A stretch of 64,000 bases of DNA from Octopus vulgaris (GCA_951406725.2 OX597817.1:26598001-26662000), one strand, 5' to 3'. Counted from the first letter of the stretch, positions 1-13,112 are shown. The notes: generated from the sequence alone by a model not told the origin. A program made the numbers and translations.

Positions 1-131
1 TACTTATTCTTTGTAAGCCTAGTACTTATTCTATTGGTCTCTCTTGCCAAAACGCTGAGTGACAGGGGCGTAAACACACCAGAATTGGTTGTCAAGCGAT
101 GTTGGGAGGACAAACACAGACACACAAACAT

Positions 132-189
<58 letters not shown>

Positions 190-351
190 GCTGGACTTCT
201 TTCAGTTTCCGTCTGCCAAATACACTCACAAGGCTTTGGTCAGCCCGAGGCTATAGTAGAAGACACTTGCCCAAGGTGCCACACAGTGGGATTGAACCCG
301 GAACCATGTGGTTGGTAAGCAAGCTACTTACCATGCAGCCACTCCTGCACC
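1..351 (-). mobile_element. tRNA-derived SINE family A (cut by window start)
   Basis: Minus-strand head GGTGCAGGAGTGGCTGCATGGTAAG with A-box and B-box (GGTTCAATCCC), internal (TA)n, body matches other family A copies. Confidence 0.9.
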
Positions 352-562
352 TATGTTTATGTTTACATATGCCCATATTGTTTATATTTACATGTATTCA
401 TATCAATAATTCAATGAAACAATTAGCACAAGAAGTTAGGAAACTTCTGTATTACAAAATGCTACATAATATTATGAAAGTAGATGACAAACTAACTAGA
501 AAGAGTTGAAACTACTACAGATAAGCAACATTTGACATTATGATTTAGAGCTGGTGCTTTTA

Positions 563-783
563 TACTCTTTTACTCTCTTTACTCTTTTACTTGTTTCAGT
601 CATTTGACTGCGGCCATGCTGGAGCACCGCCTTTAGTCGAGCAAATCGATCCCGGGACTTATTCTTTGTAAGCCCAGTACTTATTCTATCGGTCTCTTTT
701 GCCAAACCGCTAAGTGACGGGGACGTAAACACACCAGCATCGGTTGTCAAGCAATGCTAGGGGGACAAACAAAGACACACATC

Positions 784-824
<41 letters not shown>

Positions 825-989
825 TACGACAGGCTTCTTTCAGTTTCCGTCTACCAAATCCACTCACAAGGCATTGGTCGGCCTGGGGCTATAGCAGAAG
901 ACACTTGCCCAAGATGCCACGCAGTGGGACTGAACCCGGAACCATGTGGTTGTTTAGCAAGCTACTTACCACACAGCCACTCCTGTGCC
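563..989 (-). mobile_element. SINE family A, full length
   Basis: A/B-box head, internal (TA)n, conserved body, AAAAGAGT-like repeated tail. Confidence 0.92.
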
Positions 990-1204
990 TATGTTAAATA
1001 AGTAAATGTGAAAGGGAGCAAGAGATCAACTAACTGAATGAAGTGACCATAGTTTTGCGTTCTGCCTCAGACTGGAAGATGTAAGGGGACTTAAGAGGAG
1101 ATTCATTTTCTCAGAAGATATACTGATGACATGACATCAGCTAGGAAGTTTCTTCATCTCCAAAGAACTGAAAGGAAAGATTTCATAAAATATAAGTATA
1201 TATA

Positions 1205-1369
1205 GGCGCAGGAGTGGCTGTGTGGTAAGTAGCTTGCTAACCAACCACATAGTTCCGGGTTCAGTCCCACTGCGTGGCATCTTGGGCAAGAGTCTTCTGC
1301 TATAGCCCCAGGCCGACCAATGCCTTGTGAGTGGATTTGGTAGACGGAAACTGAAAGAAGCCTGTCGTA

Positions 1370-1426
<57 letters not shown>

Positions 1427-1625
1427 TTGTCCCCTAGCATTGCTTGACAACCGATGCTGGTGTGTTTATGTCCCCATCACTTAGCGGTTCGGCAAAAAGA
1501 GACTGATAGAATAAGTACTGGGCTTACAAAGAATAAGTCCGGGGTCGATTTGCTCAACTAAAAGGTGGTGCTCCAGCATGGCCGCAATCAAATGACTGAA
1601 ACAAGTAAAAGAGAGTAAAGAGAGT
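1205..1625 (+). mobile_element. SINE family A, full length
   Basis: GGCGCAGGAGTGGCTGTGTGGTAAG head, GGTTCAGTCCC B-box, tail gtaaaagagagtaaagagag. Confidence 0.92.
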
Positions 1626-1852
1626 ATATATTTGTTCATATCAAGTCAACAATATGTCCTCTAAGTTGTCACTCACTCTTTTAGAAAAAACAGCCAATTG
1701 TTCTTTAAAATCTTACTCAAAGAACTAATCATTGCTTAAAATGCCACAAAAAGGACACATTGGATGATAAAGTCCTAAATTTACTAAAAGAAGGAAATAG
1801 TCATGGTTCTGCTCAGACTATCTATCTGCAGCTTTATATAGCTATGGTACGA

Positions 1853-2445
1853 CCGCACCTTGAATTTGCATCACTGGTCTGCAATCTCTATCTTGCCCAG
1901 GATATTAATCGTCTGGAAGCCATTCAGTGACGTGCAACCAAGAGAATACCCTCCAACAGGCATCTGCCATATTCTGAACGCCTTACTTACCTGGGCATGG
2001 ACATATCGAAACTCCGACGTCTGGCAGCTGACTTGGCAGACACCCATAAAATTATTAACCATCTTACTAACAATAACTCTGAGCACCTTTTCAAATTCTA
2101 CCTCTCTAACACCCGTGGACATGTTTACAAAGTCAGAAAACAGCACAGCTCCCATGACTTTCGGAAACATTTTTTCACGCTAAGAGTTGCTGAAGCATGG
2201 AACAAACTGCTGGCATCAGTTGTTAGTTGTCGGAGCACTGCATCCTTCAAAATTTCCATGCTTCCTGAGATTCGCTAACACTACACCTGACTTTCTCCCC
2301 TCCATACACACACAAGCATGTATCTGACTCATACACTGTTCGCTTTCCAGACATTTGTACATTACTGCATATACTTTATACACACTTTTTGACAAGTTGT
2401 GGTGCACCTGAGCACTGTATACAATAATTTCATTATTATTATTAT
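1853..2445 (+). mobile_element. CR1/L2-group LINE 3' end (ORF2 C-terminus plus 3'UTR)
   Basis: ORF 1997-2278 LRRLAADLADTHKII...TRGHVYKV...RKHFFTLRVAEAWNKL matches the typical CR1 ORF2 C-terminus; ends in (ATT)n. Confidence 0.85.
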
Positions 2446-2649
2446 AGGAATTGTCTGGGGGCTAAAGAACAACATTTCTTTCAACTTCTGTTTACACTAT
2501 TCCATGAATTTGTTTTTATCTGTTGCCCTATTTACATGAGAAATTATATTTGTAAACTGATACCATAAAGGCAAGAATTTCATGAAACTAGTTCACATCA
2601 GCAAAAGTAAATCTATAAGATTTTGTAGATATATATAAATATATTGCAA

Positions 2650-2829
2650 GCACCCACTACACTCACGGAGTGGTTGGCGTTAGGAAGGGCATCCAGCCGT
2701 AGAAACACTGCCAGATTTGACTGGGCCTGACGAAGCCTTCCAGCTTCACAGACCCCAGTTGAACCATCCAACCCATGCTAGCATGGAAAGCGGACGCTAA
2801 ATGATGATGATGATGATGATGATGATGAA
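2650..2829 (+). mobile_element. Family B (RTE 3'UTR-like), short copy
   Basis: ggagtggttggcgttaggaagggcatcc...catgctagcatggaaagcggacg followed by (GAT)n. Confidence 0.88.
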
Positions 2830-2857
2830 GATATTGTCATGAGGAGAGGAAATATCA

Positions 2858-3237
2858 TTCCTACTCTAGGCACAAGGCCCGAAATATTTGGGGAGGAGCT
2901 AATCTATTAGATCAATCCCAGTACACAACTAGTACTTAATTTATCGACCCTGAAAGGATGAAAGGCAAAGTCAACCTCAGCAGAATTTAAACTCAGAACA
3001 TAACGGCAGATGAAATACCTATTTCTTTACTACCCACAAGGGGCTAAAAACAGAGAGGACAAACGGATTAAGTCTATTGTATCGACCCCAGTGCATAACT
3101 GGTCCTTAATTTATCGACCCTGAAAGAATGAAAGGCAAAGTCGAACTCAGCAGAATTTGAACTCAGAATGTAATGGCAGATGAAATACCACTAAGCATTT
3201 CCCCTGGCATGCTAACATTTCTGCCAGCTCACTGCCT
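2858..3237 (-). mobile_element. SINE family C, two joined copies with different tails
   Basis: Core gactttgcctttcatcctttc..gggtcgataaattaag occurs twice (about 2935-3017 and 3100-3237). Confidence 0.85.
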
Positions 3238-4364
3238 TGAGAGGAAATATAATGTTTGAGACACTTGTCCTTTTTCAGGGAGAAAGAATATGAAAACTAA
3301 TACCATGGTCACACAAGTGTCCAAAACATTAGATTGTATTTATTCATTTCTGCAAATCAACTTAATGTCACATATTTTTTTCTATGAGCTTTTATTAGTT
3401 TTATGAATGAAATAATTTGAGACATTACCAGCATGCTCCTGCATTAAATACGCTAACATTAAGTAAACTAGTGTTTTTATAATTGTCTGAGCACACAATA
3501 ATCCGATGAGTGTCTGTTGTGTATACAAATGTCTGTATGAGTTTATTTATGAATGCATGCAACCCTTTATGCATATGTGTTCACAAAAGTGAAAGATCAT
3601 CTAAGGACACATTTTATCCTACCATTTCTTATATATATATTGGTGATGGCTAAGTTTCTTCCTGTTATATTGATTTTATAATTTCACAAGTGACTATGTT
3701 TACAATATTGAAATCTAATTTGACTTGATTGTGATCTTGTCTGAGAATTATGTCTGTGATTATTTTCTCTTTATCTGAACCACAAATTAAGTGGTGCTAT
3801 CAATCCTGACTGCTACCGTATACTGTTCAAACATTTTTTCTTTCTTTTTTTGGTCTTATAACCTTGAGAATAACTGCTGGCATGCCATCTTTGTGTGTCC
3901 TAGATAATTGTACTACTGGCAGCTCTCAGTAGATTTTAAGTTCAGTAATACTCGCTGAAGAAAACTATATTGGTTATACAAAGTATTTAGTCATGCTTTT
4001 AACAAGAAGCTTATTTTGATACAATTTTGATTTGCTATTATTTTACCATAGTCAAAAAAGGAAAGGCAATTCCTGTTACCCATTTAATAGAGCCTCTAGG
4101 ACTGGTTCAGGAAAAGGAGAAATAAAAGCACAAATCATAATTTACCACAATAGGAATAAGCCACTTCAGGGTACCAATGTATACTCAAAGTGGTTGCCTA
4201 GCTGAAGTACTTGCATCAGAGTAGATTTCAGTAAAGTAACCCGAGATCCATATCTTGGTTGTCAAACCAAGAAATATGCTAATTCCAATGGATCAAACAA
4301 ATAATAAAAAGAACATTTTATCAGGCTCATAGTGCAGTTCTAGCAGCAATATACAAGCAGCATA

Positions 4365-4580
4365 AGGATAGCAAGCTGGTAGAATCATTAGCACACTAGG
4401 CAAAATACTTAGCAGCATTTGGTCCATCTTTATGTCCTGAGTTCAAATTCTACCTAGGTCAACTTCACTTTTCATTATTTCGGAGTTGATAAAATAAGTA
4501 CCTATTGAGCACTAGGGTTGATATAATTGATTTAACCCCTCCTTCAAAATTGCTGGCCTTGTGCCAAAATTGGAAACCAA
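4365..4580 (+). mobile_element. SINE family C, diverged
   Basis: agctggtagaatcattagc...gagttcaaattc...gataaaataagtacc...ggccttgtgcc. Confidence 0.75.
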
Positions 4581-4713
4581 TATATAAGAAGTATACATTT
4601 TAGCCAATCTTCATTCCAAGCTACTCAAAATGCATTCATGGGTGCAATTTCACAGGGATATTAAACACATATAAATGTAAGTCTATATATTTATAACCCA
4701 TACCGTAATGGTA

Positions 4714-4932
4714 CTTTAGCTTTGAAACTAGCCATATCTAGTCAAAATATTGTACTTGTTTTATGTTTAAACTGGCCAGATACAGCCTCCCTCTTGCATC
4801 TACTCAATGTCATTCTCAAAATAAACAATCATATCATCAAAATTTCAGAGCTACAAGATAATGCATGATTTATTCAGGACAATGTGAATAAATAAGCTTT
4901 ACAATTGACAGAGTAATCTCATTGCTAAAGGG
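4714..4932. mobile_element. piggyBac-type MITE, diverged copy
   Basis: Similar to 58407-58627; right end CTAAAGGG|TTAA kept, left end degraded. Confidence 0.65.
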
Positions 4933-5279
4933 TTAATAACTATTATCGGCCGTTAAATTTGTACCATTACAGGAATGAGCTTACTCCTGGTCACATACTC
5001 ATTTACATTTTATAATAATTAAATTCAGCTACTACTAACACCAGCTTGAGAAGGAGAGATCAGCAAATCCTGATGAATTATTACATAACAATGAAATAAA
5101 GTCTTGCTGGCCCAATTATGCAGCAAGATGCAACATTTACAGATCATCACTACCGTCACCAGCATTTTGGGGTTTTCTAAAGCCAGCTTTTACGGATGGA
5201 TACCCTTCTTGACAACAATCCATTTAGCTACCTCTTATAAAACATAGGGACCAATCGTACCTATTCTAAAACTGGAATT

Positions 5280-5500
5280 CACAGCTGGTTTGGTCATGTG
5301 ATGCATATGGATAAGAAGAGCTGAGTAAAGAAGTGCCAAGCTCTAATTGTGGAGGGTACCTGTGGAAAAGGTAGACCCAGGTAGACATGTGATGAAGTGG
5401 TAAGAAAGGATCTTCTGACACTGGGCCTGACTAAGGAAATGACAAGAGATCAGATGTGGTGATTTGCTGTACTTGGTAAGACATGTCAGGCTAAGTAAAA
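5280..5500 (+). mobile_element. RTE LINE ORF2 C-terminal fragment
   Basis: Reads WFGHVMHMD..VKKC...VEGTCGKGRPR*TCDEVVRKDL..LGLTKEMT with stops. Confidence 0.75.
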
Positions 5501-5846
5501 TCGCTGTCTTCCCCACACACAGGCTTGTTCTTTCAGGTGTCAGTACCACATAAAAAGCACCCATGCCAGTGCTGTGTAAACACATCCCCCCAGCATATTA
5601 TTTTGTTCTTTAACAAGATTATAAGGCAGCCCTGCATAATTGAAATTTCCGAAACCAATTTTTTGAAAATATAAAATGAATCTCTTGTCATTACTGATGA
5701 CAGTATCAGCATCAACATCATCGTCATAGTCATCATCATCATTCTCATTGTCTTTCTTGCCACCATAATTGTCATACTCAATATTACTACTCAATGTAAA
5801 CCCCTCCCACAGTGCTGTGTATGGCTTTATATTGTTGTCCTTTGTA

Positions 5847-6412
5847 TTGGGTTGTCCGGAAAGTTCGTGCCGATATATAGTAGCTTACCTTTCCACTTAT
5901 TTTAGAACATGGTTGAGTCCATAAAATAGGATTTGACTACACCTCCATTTAAAGCACAGTTTAAGCTATCTTTTCGTCGAGGAAGGTTTATGTTCTTATA
6001 ACATGTGTTAATTCTGTAACCTTTTAAAATGGAAGATAAGAAAGTTCATTTTTGGCACTTGATGCTTTGGGAACCAGACAAAAATTGCTGCAGCTTGGCT
6101 GGGATGTGTTACCCCACCATCCATATTCACTGGATATTGCTCCTTTGGATTTCCACTTATTCAGGTCTCTGCAGAATAGTCTTAATGGTAAAAATTTCAA
6201 TTTCTTGGATGACGTGAAAAGATACCTCGATGAATTCTTTGCCATGAAACCACCTCAATTCTGGGAAGAGGGTATTTTCAAGTTAAAGGAAAGATGGAGA
6301 TGCATTGTGCTACAAAATGGTTCATATTTGGTTGATTAAAAATGTAATGGCAAGTATTTATTCACCTTTTGCTTACCTTTAAAACACGGCACAAACATTC
6401 TGGACAACCCAA
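5847..6412 (+). mobile_element. mariner transposon, internally deleted
   Basis: 26-bp TIRs ttgggttgtccggaaagttcgtgccg / cggcacaaacattctggacaacccaa, TA on both sides; N-terminal MEDKKVHFWHL (6029) joined to C-terminal HHPYSLDIAPLDFHLF (6052-6339). Confidence 0.93.
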
Positions 6413-7249
6413 TATTTTATCATAGGACTGCACCTGACATATTGAGAGCCTTTTTGACCAATAAAAAAATCGTCATCATCATTATCATCAATAACAATAT
6501 TGGACGAAATTCTCTACAGTACACGTTCTTGTTCTTTGCATTATGGTTTCACTCTCTAAAATTAATCTTCTACTGTATACACACATCTTCAGCTGCATTC
6601 TTTCCTTTAATTAATTTGTTCAGTTAATTATCTTCGAACTTCACTCTTTCATTAAGCTAAACAACTGGTGGTATAGTCTTCATGATATACCTTCTTTTTT
6701 GGAGTTGAATTTCAAAAGATAGCTGTTGTTACTTTCTCAGTATCTCTTGCTAGTTTAACTGGAATTGTTTCTCATTGTTGATAAACCAGTTCCGCTTTTG
6801 ATGAATATTCTCTGAAATTAAATCTGGCAACAGAAGATATATATATTTGATATTCAAAATCCTAACATAGATTTTATTTTCCAATGTGCTTTAATGTAAT
6901 ATTGTCTTGACATTTTCCTAACCAATCTTTCATTCTTTAGCTCCTGCTTCTGTTAACATATCATCGCAGTATAATAATTCTCAACATAATCATTCCCAGT
7001 TAGTATTTTACATTGAGTCAACAAACGATGAACTGTTTCTCTTCTTTACATAGGATGCACAAATCTAATGTCAATTCAATTTCCCTTGATTTAATCCAAT
7101 GCCCTCGTGTCTACCATTTTCTCCAGCTTGTTAACAAGAGAATAATATTTCTTGGAATGCAAGTAACAGTTTGACCATCCATGAATATTTTGTATAAGTT
7201 GTCAAAGACTTCACTCTTACAAAACTGTAAGTTCATACTCTTCAAGCTT

Positions 7250-7680
7250 CAGCTCACTAAATTCCTTTGAAATTTTGTCTCACATTCCAGCATGCTTCCT
7301 TCTTTGCATCATTCATTTCCTTCCCCATTAATTTTGATTTCCCCATCATCAGCTTTCACTTCTTCAATGTTTAGCATTGAATCTTCAGTTTTTCTTTAAA
7401 TATGACAGTATTCTTTATTGCTCTCTTTTCAATGCAGTACTTATGCACTCAAATGTTTCTATTGCGAATTATCATGTTACTCTAACTTTTATTTTCCAGT
7501 AACCTTCTTTCACACTCCCAACACTTTTGCCTCCTTTTTCCTTAGCCATGAATAACTTTTCATTATTTACTTCTCTGCATAATACAAGTTTCTCTCTTAG
7601 CATTCTCTTAATGAGTTCAACCAGCATCTCTTCATCTGCTTTACTGAATTGAACCACATATCTTAATACATTTATCCATT
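7250..7680 (-). mobile_element. Highly decayed R4/Dong-like non-LTR fragment
   Basis: ORF 7472-7657 EKLFMAKEKGGKSVGSVKE resembles the RLY.xRxxGGRGL motif found after the RT of RLE-type LINEs. Confidence 0.35.
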
Positions 7681-7999
7681 AAAACTACTCTACAGTTTAC
7701 GTATTTCACAAGATCTTTGTTGAATAGCTACAGTTTCACTGAAATTTATACTTCAATTTTCTTTGAAAAACTACAGATCATTTTTACTTCTGTTCTCATT
7801 TTCCACTTACTGCCAAGACATTATAATATAGACTTTATTCTTAACTGAATTGAATGACTTGCATCCTTTCTTAAAGTACCAGATGCTTTCACCACGTTGC
7901 TCTTCTACAGATAATGTTACTCAGGTGCACTTGAATATTCTTCAGGTTTTTGCAGTTTATTTAATTTTTTATTTGTATATAGAAGAAATCGATCAATGG

Positions 8000-8468
8000 A
8001 AATTGCAGCTGAGTTACCAGTGCCGTTGGCACGTAAGAGAACCATCCAAACGTGGCCGTTGCCAGCGCCGCCCCGACTGGCCTCGTGCCGGTGGCACGTA
8101 AAAAGCACCATTCGTTCGTGGCCGTAGCCAGCCTCACCTGGCCCCCGTGCTGGTGGCATGTAAAAAGCACCATCCGACCGTGGCCGTTGCCAGCCTCGCC
8201 TGGCCCCCATGCCGGTGGCATGTAAAAAGCACCATCTGATTGTGGCCGTTTGCCTGACTCATCTGGCACCTGTGCCAGTGGCACGTAAAAAGCACCCACT
8301 ACACTCATGGAGTGGTTGACATTAGGAAGGGCATCCAGCTGTAGAAACATTGCCAGATCAAACTGGGCCTGGGGCAGCCTTCTGGTTTTCCAGACCCCAG
8401 TTGAACCGTCCAACCCATGCTAGCATGGAAAGCGGACGCTAAACGATGATGATGATGATGATGATGAT
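8000..8468 (+). mobile_element. Family B with internal ~60-bp tandem units
   Basis: Repeated gccggtggcacgtaaaaagcacc units, conserved 3' block, (GAT)n tail. Confidence 0.9.
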
Positions 8469-10354
8469 AGAAGAGATGTTTTGCTTATTACTAATTTGCT
8501 GTAGTGTATTTTCTTTCCATTTAGTGCTGTCTTTAGTGCTGTGGGTGATGTTTTGATGATTAAATAAGAAGAAAGGTGGAGAGAGAGAGATAAAGAGAAA
8601 AAGAGACAGAGAGGGAGAAACAGAGGTAGAAACAGAGACAGACAGACCGACAGACAGAAATATGTCTATCAGAGCTTTCAGAGATCATTTTTTGGTTTTG
8701 ATTAGGATAAGTGCTTTTATCTTCTTGTCAATCAAAACAGACATGTCACAGAATTTCATACCTGTACCATTGTTACATGTAAGAATGGGTGCATTTATTT
8801 TCCATAGTAATATGGAAGTGTTGGCATATTATTTATTTGCTAAACTAAAATCAGAAACCAATCGGTCCAGGAAACTAAATGGTAAAATATTTTTCCTGTC
8901 GGGATTTTATCCCTAATTTTGTGGTTATAGAACCTAGCTGTTCTTTCTAGTGTGTTGAATCCCACAAGTGGATTCCTTATGTGTTTAAATGTACACTCTA
9001 TTTTATGAGTATTACATAGTCTTTGGACTAAATTTTTACACGATAGAATTATCTAAATTCTTTGGGATTTAGATAAATGTAACATAAGCAAAGTTTGAAG
9101 GAAATATTAGCAATTTTTTCGTACTTTCGAGGGATAAGCAAATAGGAAATAACATCTGCTACCTAAGGACAAAAAAATATGTTACACAGTGTTATCGTTG
9201 TTGACTTGAAAAACAAAGATGCTCATGTATTAGATAAAATGCCTTGCAGTTTTTCTTCCAGCTCTTTACATTCTTGGCTCAAATCCAGTCAAGGCCAACT
9301 CCTTCTGGAGTTAATAAAATAAAATACCAGTTAAGCACCAGGGCTGGCTTAATCAAACAATCCTCACCCAGTGCAATTCTGGTTTTTACCTAAAGAAGAA
9401 ATTATTTTTGTAATTTGTAAACAACTGGCTAAATTGGATGTACACCACATACAAGTAATTTTTCAACACTGGGTAAAGTTATAAATAATCTTGTTAGAAA
9501 GAACAACGTTATTAATTAGGTAATTTTCAAGTGTAACTTATAAAGCAACTAAGTGAAATCACTAATGAAGACAGAGGAAAATGAAGGTGGGATAAGAAGA
9601 TTTGAGTGATGATGTTCTAATAAGTCAGTTGTAATGTGGTATTAACTGTCATTAGACGTGTGACAACTGTCTCTTCTAAATTGAAATATAACACAACTAG
9701 AAAGGTGTAATATGAAATATAAAACAAATATAAAGACAAAATAATAGCAGTTATTTATACATAGATACTTGCTTAGTTACACACATGGATGCACTTATGT
9801 GTGTGTGTGTGTATATAACTAGTTGATGTGTTGCTATAGCAACTGTTGCATATGGTTTTTATGTGAGATTATGAAATTGTAATTTAGTAATAATATAAAG
9901 CTGCTGTAAATGAATGTTCATTTAAATGTTTACTTCATACACATAATAAAAAAATATATCTAAAAATCCATCTTCAAAGATTACAGTCAAAATTCAATTT
10001 TTAAAAAATGTAAATTTGAAATATTTACGCATAACAATTATGGGTTTTTTTAAAAATGTATCTTTCCTCTAACAAAAATAAATACATTTTTGATACTGAT
10101 ATCATGAAAATCTGCAGGTACTAGTTTAACATGAACTATTACTAAATAATTGCTCTTTTAACAACTAATTTTTTTCTATATTGGGAGATGCTGTAGCAGG
10201 CCATGCAGATAAAGAGGATGCAGGTAGACCTGGTTTAGGCTACAATTTTAGGTAAATCAACTTTCACTTGTAGGAGTAATTGGAAGAAACTTTGGTAAAA
10301 AGTCTATCTTTTTTATAAATTACACTTCACTTGTAATCTCTCTGTAAATCTTAC

Positions 10355-10646
10355 ATGTTTAACACTAATTGCCAAAACATTTTATGAAATCGTGTACTGA
10401 AGCCTACATTTCACATCTGGTTTGGTTCTATAATCAGCTTCATCTGAACTGTACTAGTAAAGTTCTGTGATGTCCTAATAAAATTCAGAAACCAAACGTT
10501 TGTATGTATTGACTGCAACGATGATGGAAAATTCAAAAAAGACTTTGTTAATGATAAATCCAAAGGAAACTTTGTTGGATATCAATGAGTTAACTTACCA
10601 TGAGGCAGCCAGATTTAACTGATTTTCAACAAACTTTACTTTGGAT
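10355..10646 (-). other. Two exon-like segments (10646-10599, 10474-10355)
   Basis: Donors ATG|GTAAGT and CAT|GTAAGA, acceptor ttttattag, 124-nt intron; phase-2 frame SKVKFVENQLNLAASWTSQNFTSTVQMKLIIEPNQM*NVGF has one TGA. Confidence 0.25.
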
Positions 10647-10760
10647 CTATTATGCTTAACAGGTTTGCAATGAAACATTCAGTCCTACGTTAACCAATAA
10701 ACAATGAATTGGTTGGATCATCAGTATGGCAAACGAAAGGCATTATAGTATTTAATCTTA

Positions 10761-10977
10761 GGCAGCGAGCTGGCAGAATCGTTAGCACGCCAGGTGAAAT
10801 GCTTAGCGGTATTTCGTCTGCCTCTACGTTCTGAGTTCAAATTCTGCTGAGGTCGACTTTGCCTTTCATCCTTTCGGGGTCGATTAAATAAGTACCAGTT
10901 ACGCACTGGGGGTCGATATAATCGACTTAACCCCTTTGTCTGTTCTTAGTTAGCCCCTTGTGGGTAGTAAAGAAATA
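10761..10977 (+). mobile_element. SINE family C, full length with TSD
   Basis: 15-bp direct repeat agtatttaatcttag at 10747-10761 and 10978-10992; B-box gagttcaaattc. Confidence 0.93.
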
Positions 10978-11201
10978 AGTATTTAATCTTAGTTTGAATC
11001 TCACCAAAGTCAGTTTTGCCTTTTATCCATCAAGGGTTGATAAATAAAATACAAGTCAAGGATAGTGGAGATAGATGAGATGTCTTGTGATTCAGTTTCT
11101 AAACATTCTTAGTTTGAATACTTATTGCTATAGTACACTTAAACTGTTACTTGGTTTGACACCTTGACCAGGTTCTTGGATGCCTTTATTCATAGACCAT
11201 T

Positions 11202-11287
11202 CTACTGCAAGCATTCAGTCCAATTCCCTAATTTGATATCTTCAATCTGTATTGAAGGTTCTGGAGAGGAATACACTTTCCTCCTGC
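11202..11287 (-). other. Possible terminal coding exon
   Basis: Acceptor with long T tract ending attatttag; frame RRKVYSSPEPSIQIEDIKLGNWTECLQ*. Confidence 0.2.
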
Positions 11288-11619
11288 CTAAATAATTAAA
11301 AAAAAGGAAACTGACAAATTCCCAAATGTAGTTAGTACACATTACATTAATTCTATTGAACTTTATTTCAAACAAGCACACATGTCAATGCCCATTAGTG
11401 GAATATTTGCTGCACCCAGCAAGCTTCATGCAGTTTCTTAAATTTTCATCCAATGTTGTATTTGATACAAAGGTCATTGATGAAGTAAAAATGTCGAGAT
11501 CTTTCTTTTCTACTTTGATTTGAGGTGATTAAATATCTAAATACTTGATATGAATTGTTGTCATTTAGGCCATAATTTTCTGTCTATTAATATTATCTTT
11601 GGGGCGTTTTATCATTGTG

Positions 11620-12246
11620 TCAAGTTCATCAACATCAAAATAAAAATAAAAATCGTATGGATATTGTAGTTGTGATACCCGTGCTGGTGGCACATAGGGC
11701 TTCACAGAGGAAATGATGAAGACCGAGACCTCTGAGATATGCTGTGATTGTGAAAACCCGACAAATGAAGTAAGTTCATGGCTCACAGAATGGCATGCTG
11801 TGCTAACCTTGGATCGTAGAGTGACCCGCTGTTCTTGAGGAGACCTATTGAGTCAAGTGCAGCAACACCAACATCAAAATAAAAATCAAATGGAAATTGT
11901 AGTTAAGATACCCATGCCGGTGACACATAAAAAGCACTGTCCGAACGTGGCAGATACCAGCGCCGCCTGATTGGCATCCATGTCAGTGACACGTAAAAGC
12001 ACCAACCAATTGTGGCTGTTTGCCAGCTTCCTCTGGCCCCTGTGCCGGTAGCATGTAAAAAGCATCCACTACACACACAGAGTGGTTGGCGTTAGGAAGG
12101 GCATACAGCTGTAGAAACACTGCCAGATCAGACTGGAGCCTGGTGCAGCCTCCTGGCTTCCCAGACGCCCAGTCGAACCATTCAACCCATGCTAGCATGG
12201 AAAATGGACGTTAAACAACTATGATGATGATGATGATGATGATGAT
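11620..12246 (+). mobile_element. Long family B copy including RTE ORF2 terminal codons
   Basis: 11700-11760 resembles the RTE end L(F)TEEM.DRDLWRYAV.KTR (frameshifted), followed by tandem units and (GAT)n. Confidence 0.8.
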
Positions 12247-12824
12247 TACAATGCAAACTTCAGCAAAGTATTCTCAGTCAATTCCTTATTACTTCATATG
12301 TACAACATGAAGAAAGAAAATAAGGAAAAAGTAATATTGAAAAGCAAAAATTGTATTACTTGGATAATTCCTTTCTACTATTCACATACTACTACACTGA
12401 ATGCTGACGTCTCACTACTACGCAGCATCACACATTATAATCAAGCATCACATAATTTACCCTTCAATTGCAGAAAAACAATTTGCTTTCTATAAAGGTA
12501 ATATTTTTGATACTTATTTCTAAACTACAATTCAATCAGTTTTATCTCTTGGCATCTTCAGGTGTTGTATTCCTGAATATATTCATGCTTTTTTTGTTTT
12601 TTAAATTATACCTGCTTCTTTAAATTGGAGAAGTTATTTATATTTATCATGTTCATCCAAGGTTTAGAATAATTATAAAATGTCTTTTCATGTTATAAAA
12701 GGTTGACTAAAAGAATTGATGACAGGAAGGATGGTTGTCAGCAAAACAGTGTTTTAAAAATCCCATCTAACACATGTCAAAAACAATCAATGACATTAAC
12801 TGCAACGTGGTCCTTTGCTATTCA

Positions 12825-13112
12825 TAAGACCCGCAGAAGAGAAAACAGGTCAACCCCCGACACCGAGAGCATCGACGGATGGATGAATGCGCATCCAGAC
12901 TCAGCGGTTGCGTAGGAAGTCGAGGACAAGAAACAGGAAGAAAGTGTGAGAGAAAGAGTAAACTAGGGGTCGCCACCACCTCCTGCCGGAGCCTCGTGGA
13001 GCTTTAGGTGTTTTCGCTCAATAAACACACACAACGCCCGGTCTGGGAATCGAAACTGCAATCCTCCGACCGTGAGTCCGCTGCCCTAACCACTGGGCCA
13101 TTGTGCCTTCAC
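12825..13112 (-). mobile_element. tRNA-derived SINE family D
   Basis: Minus-strand head tggcccagtggttagggcagcggactc...gtttcgattcccagacc. Confidence 0.85.
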
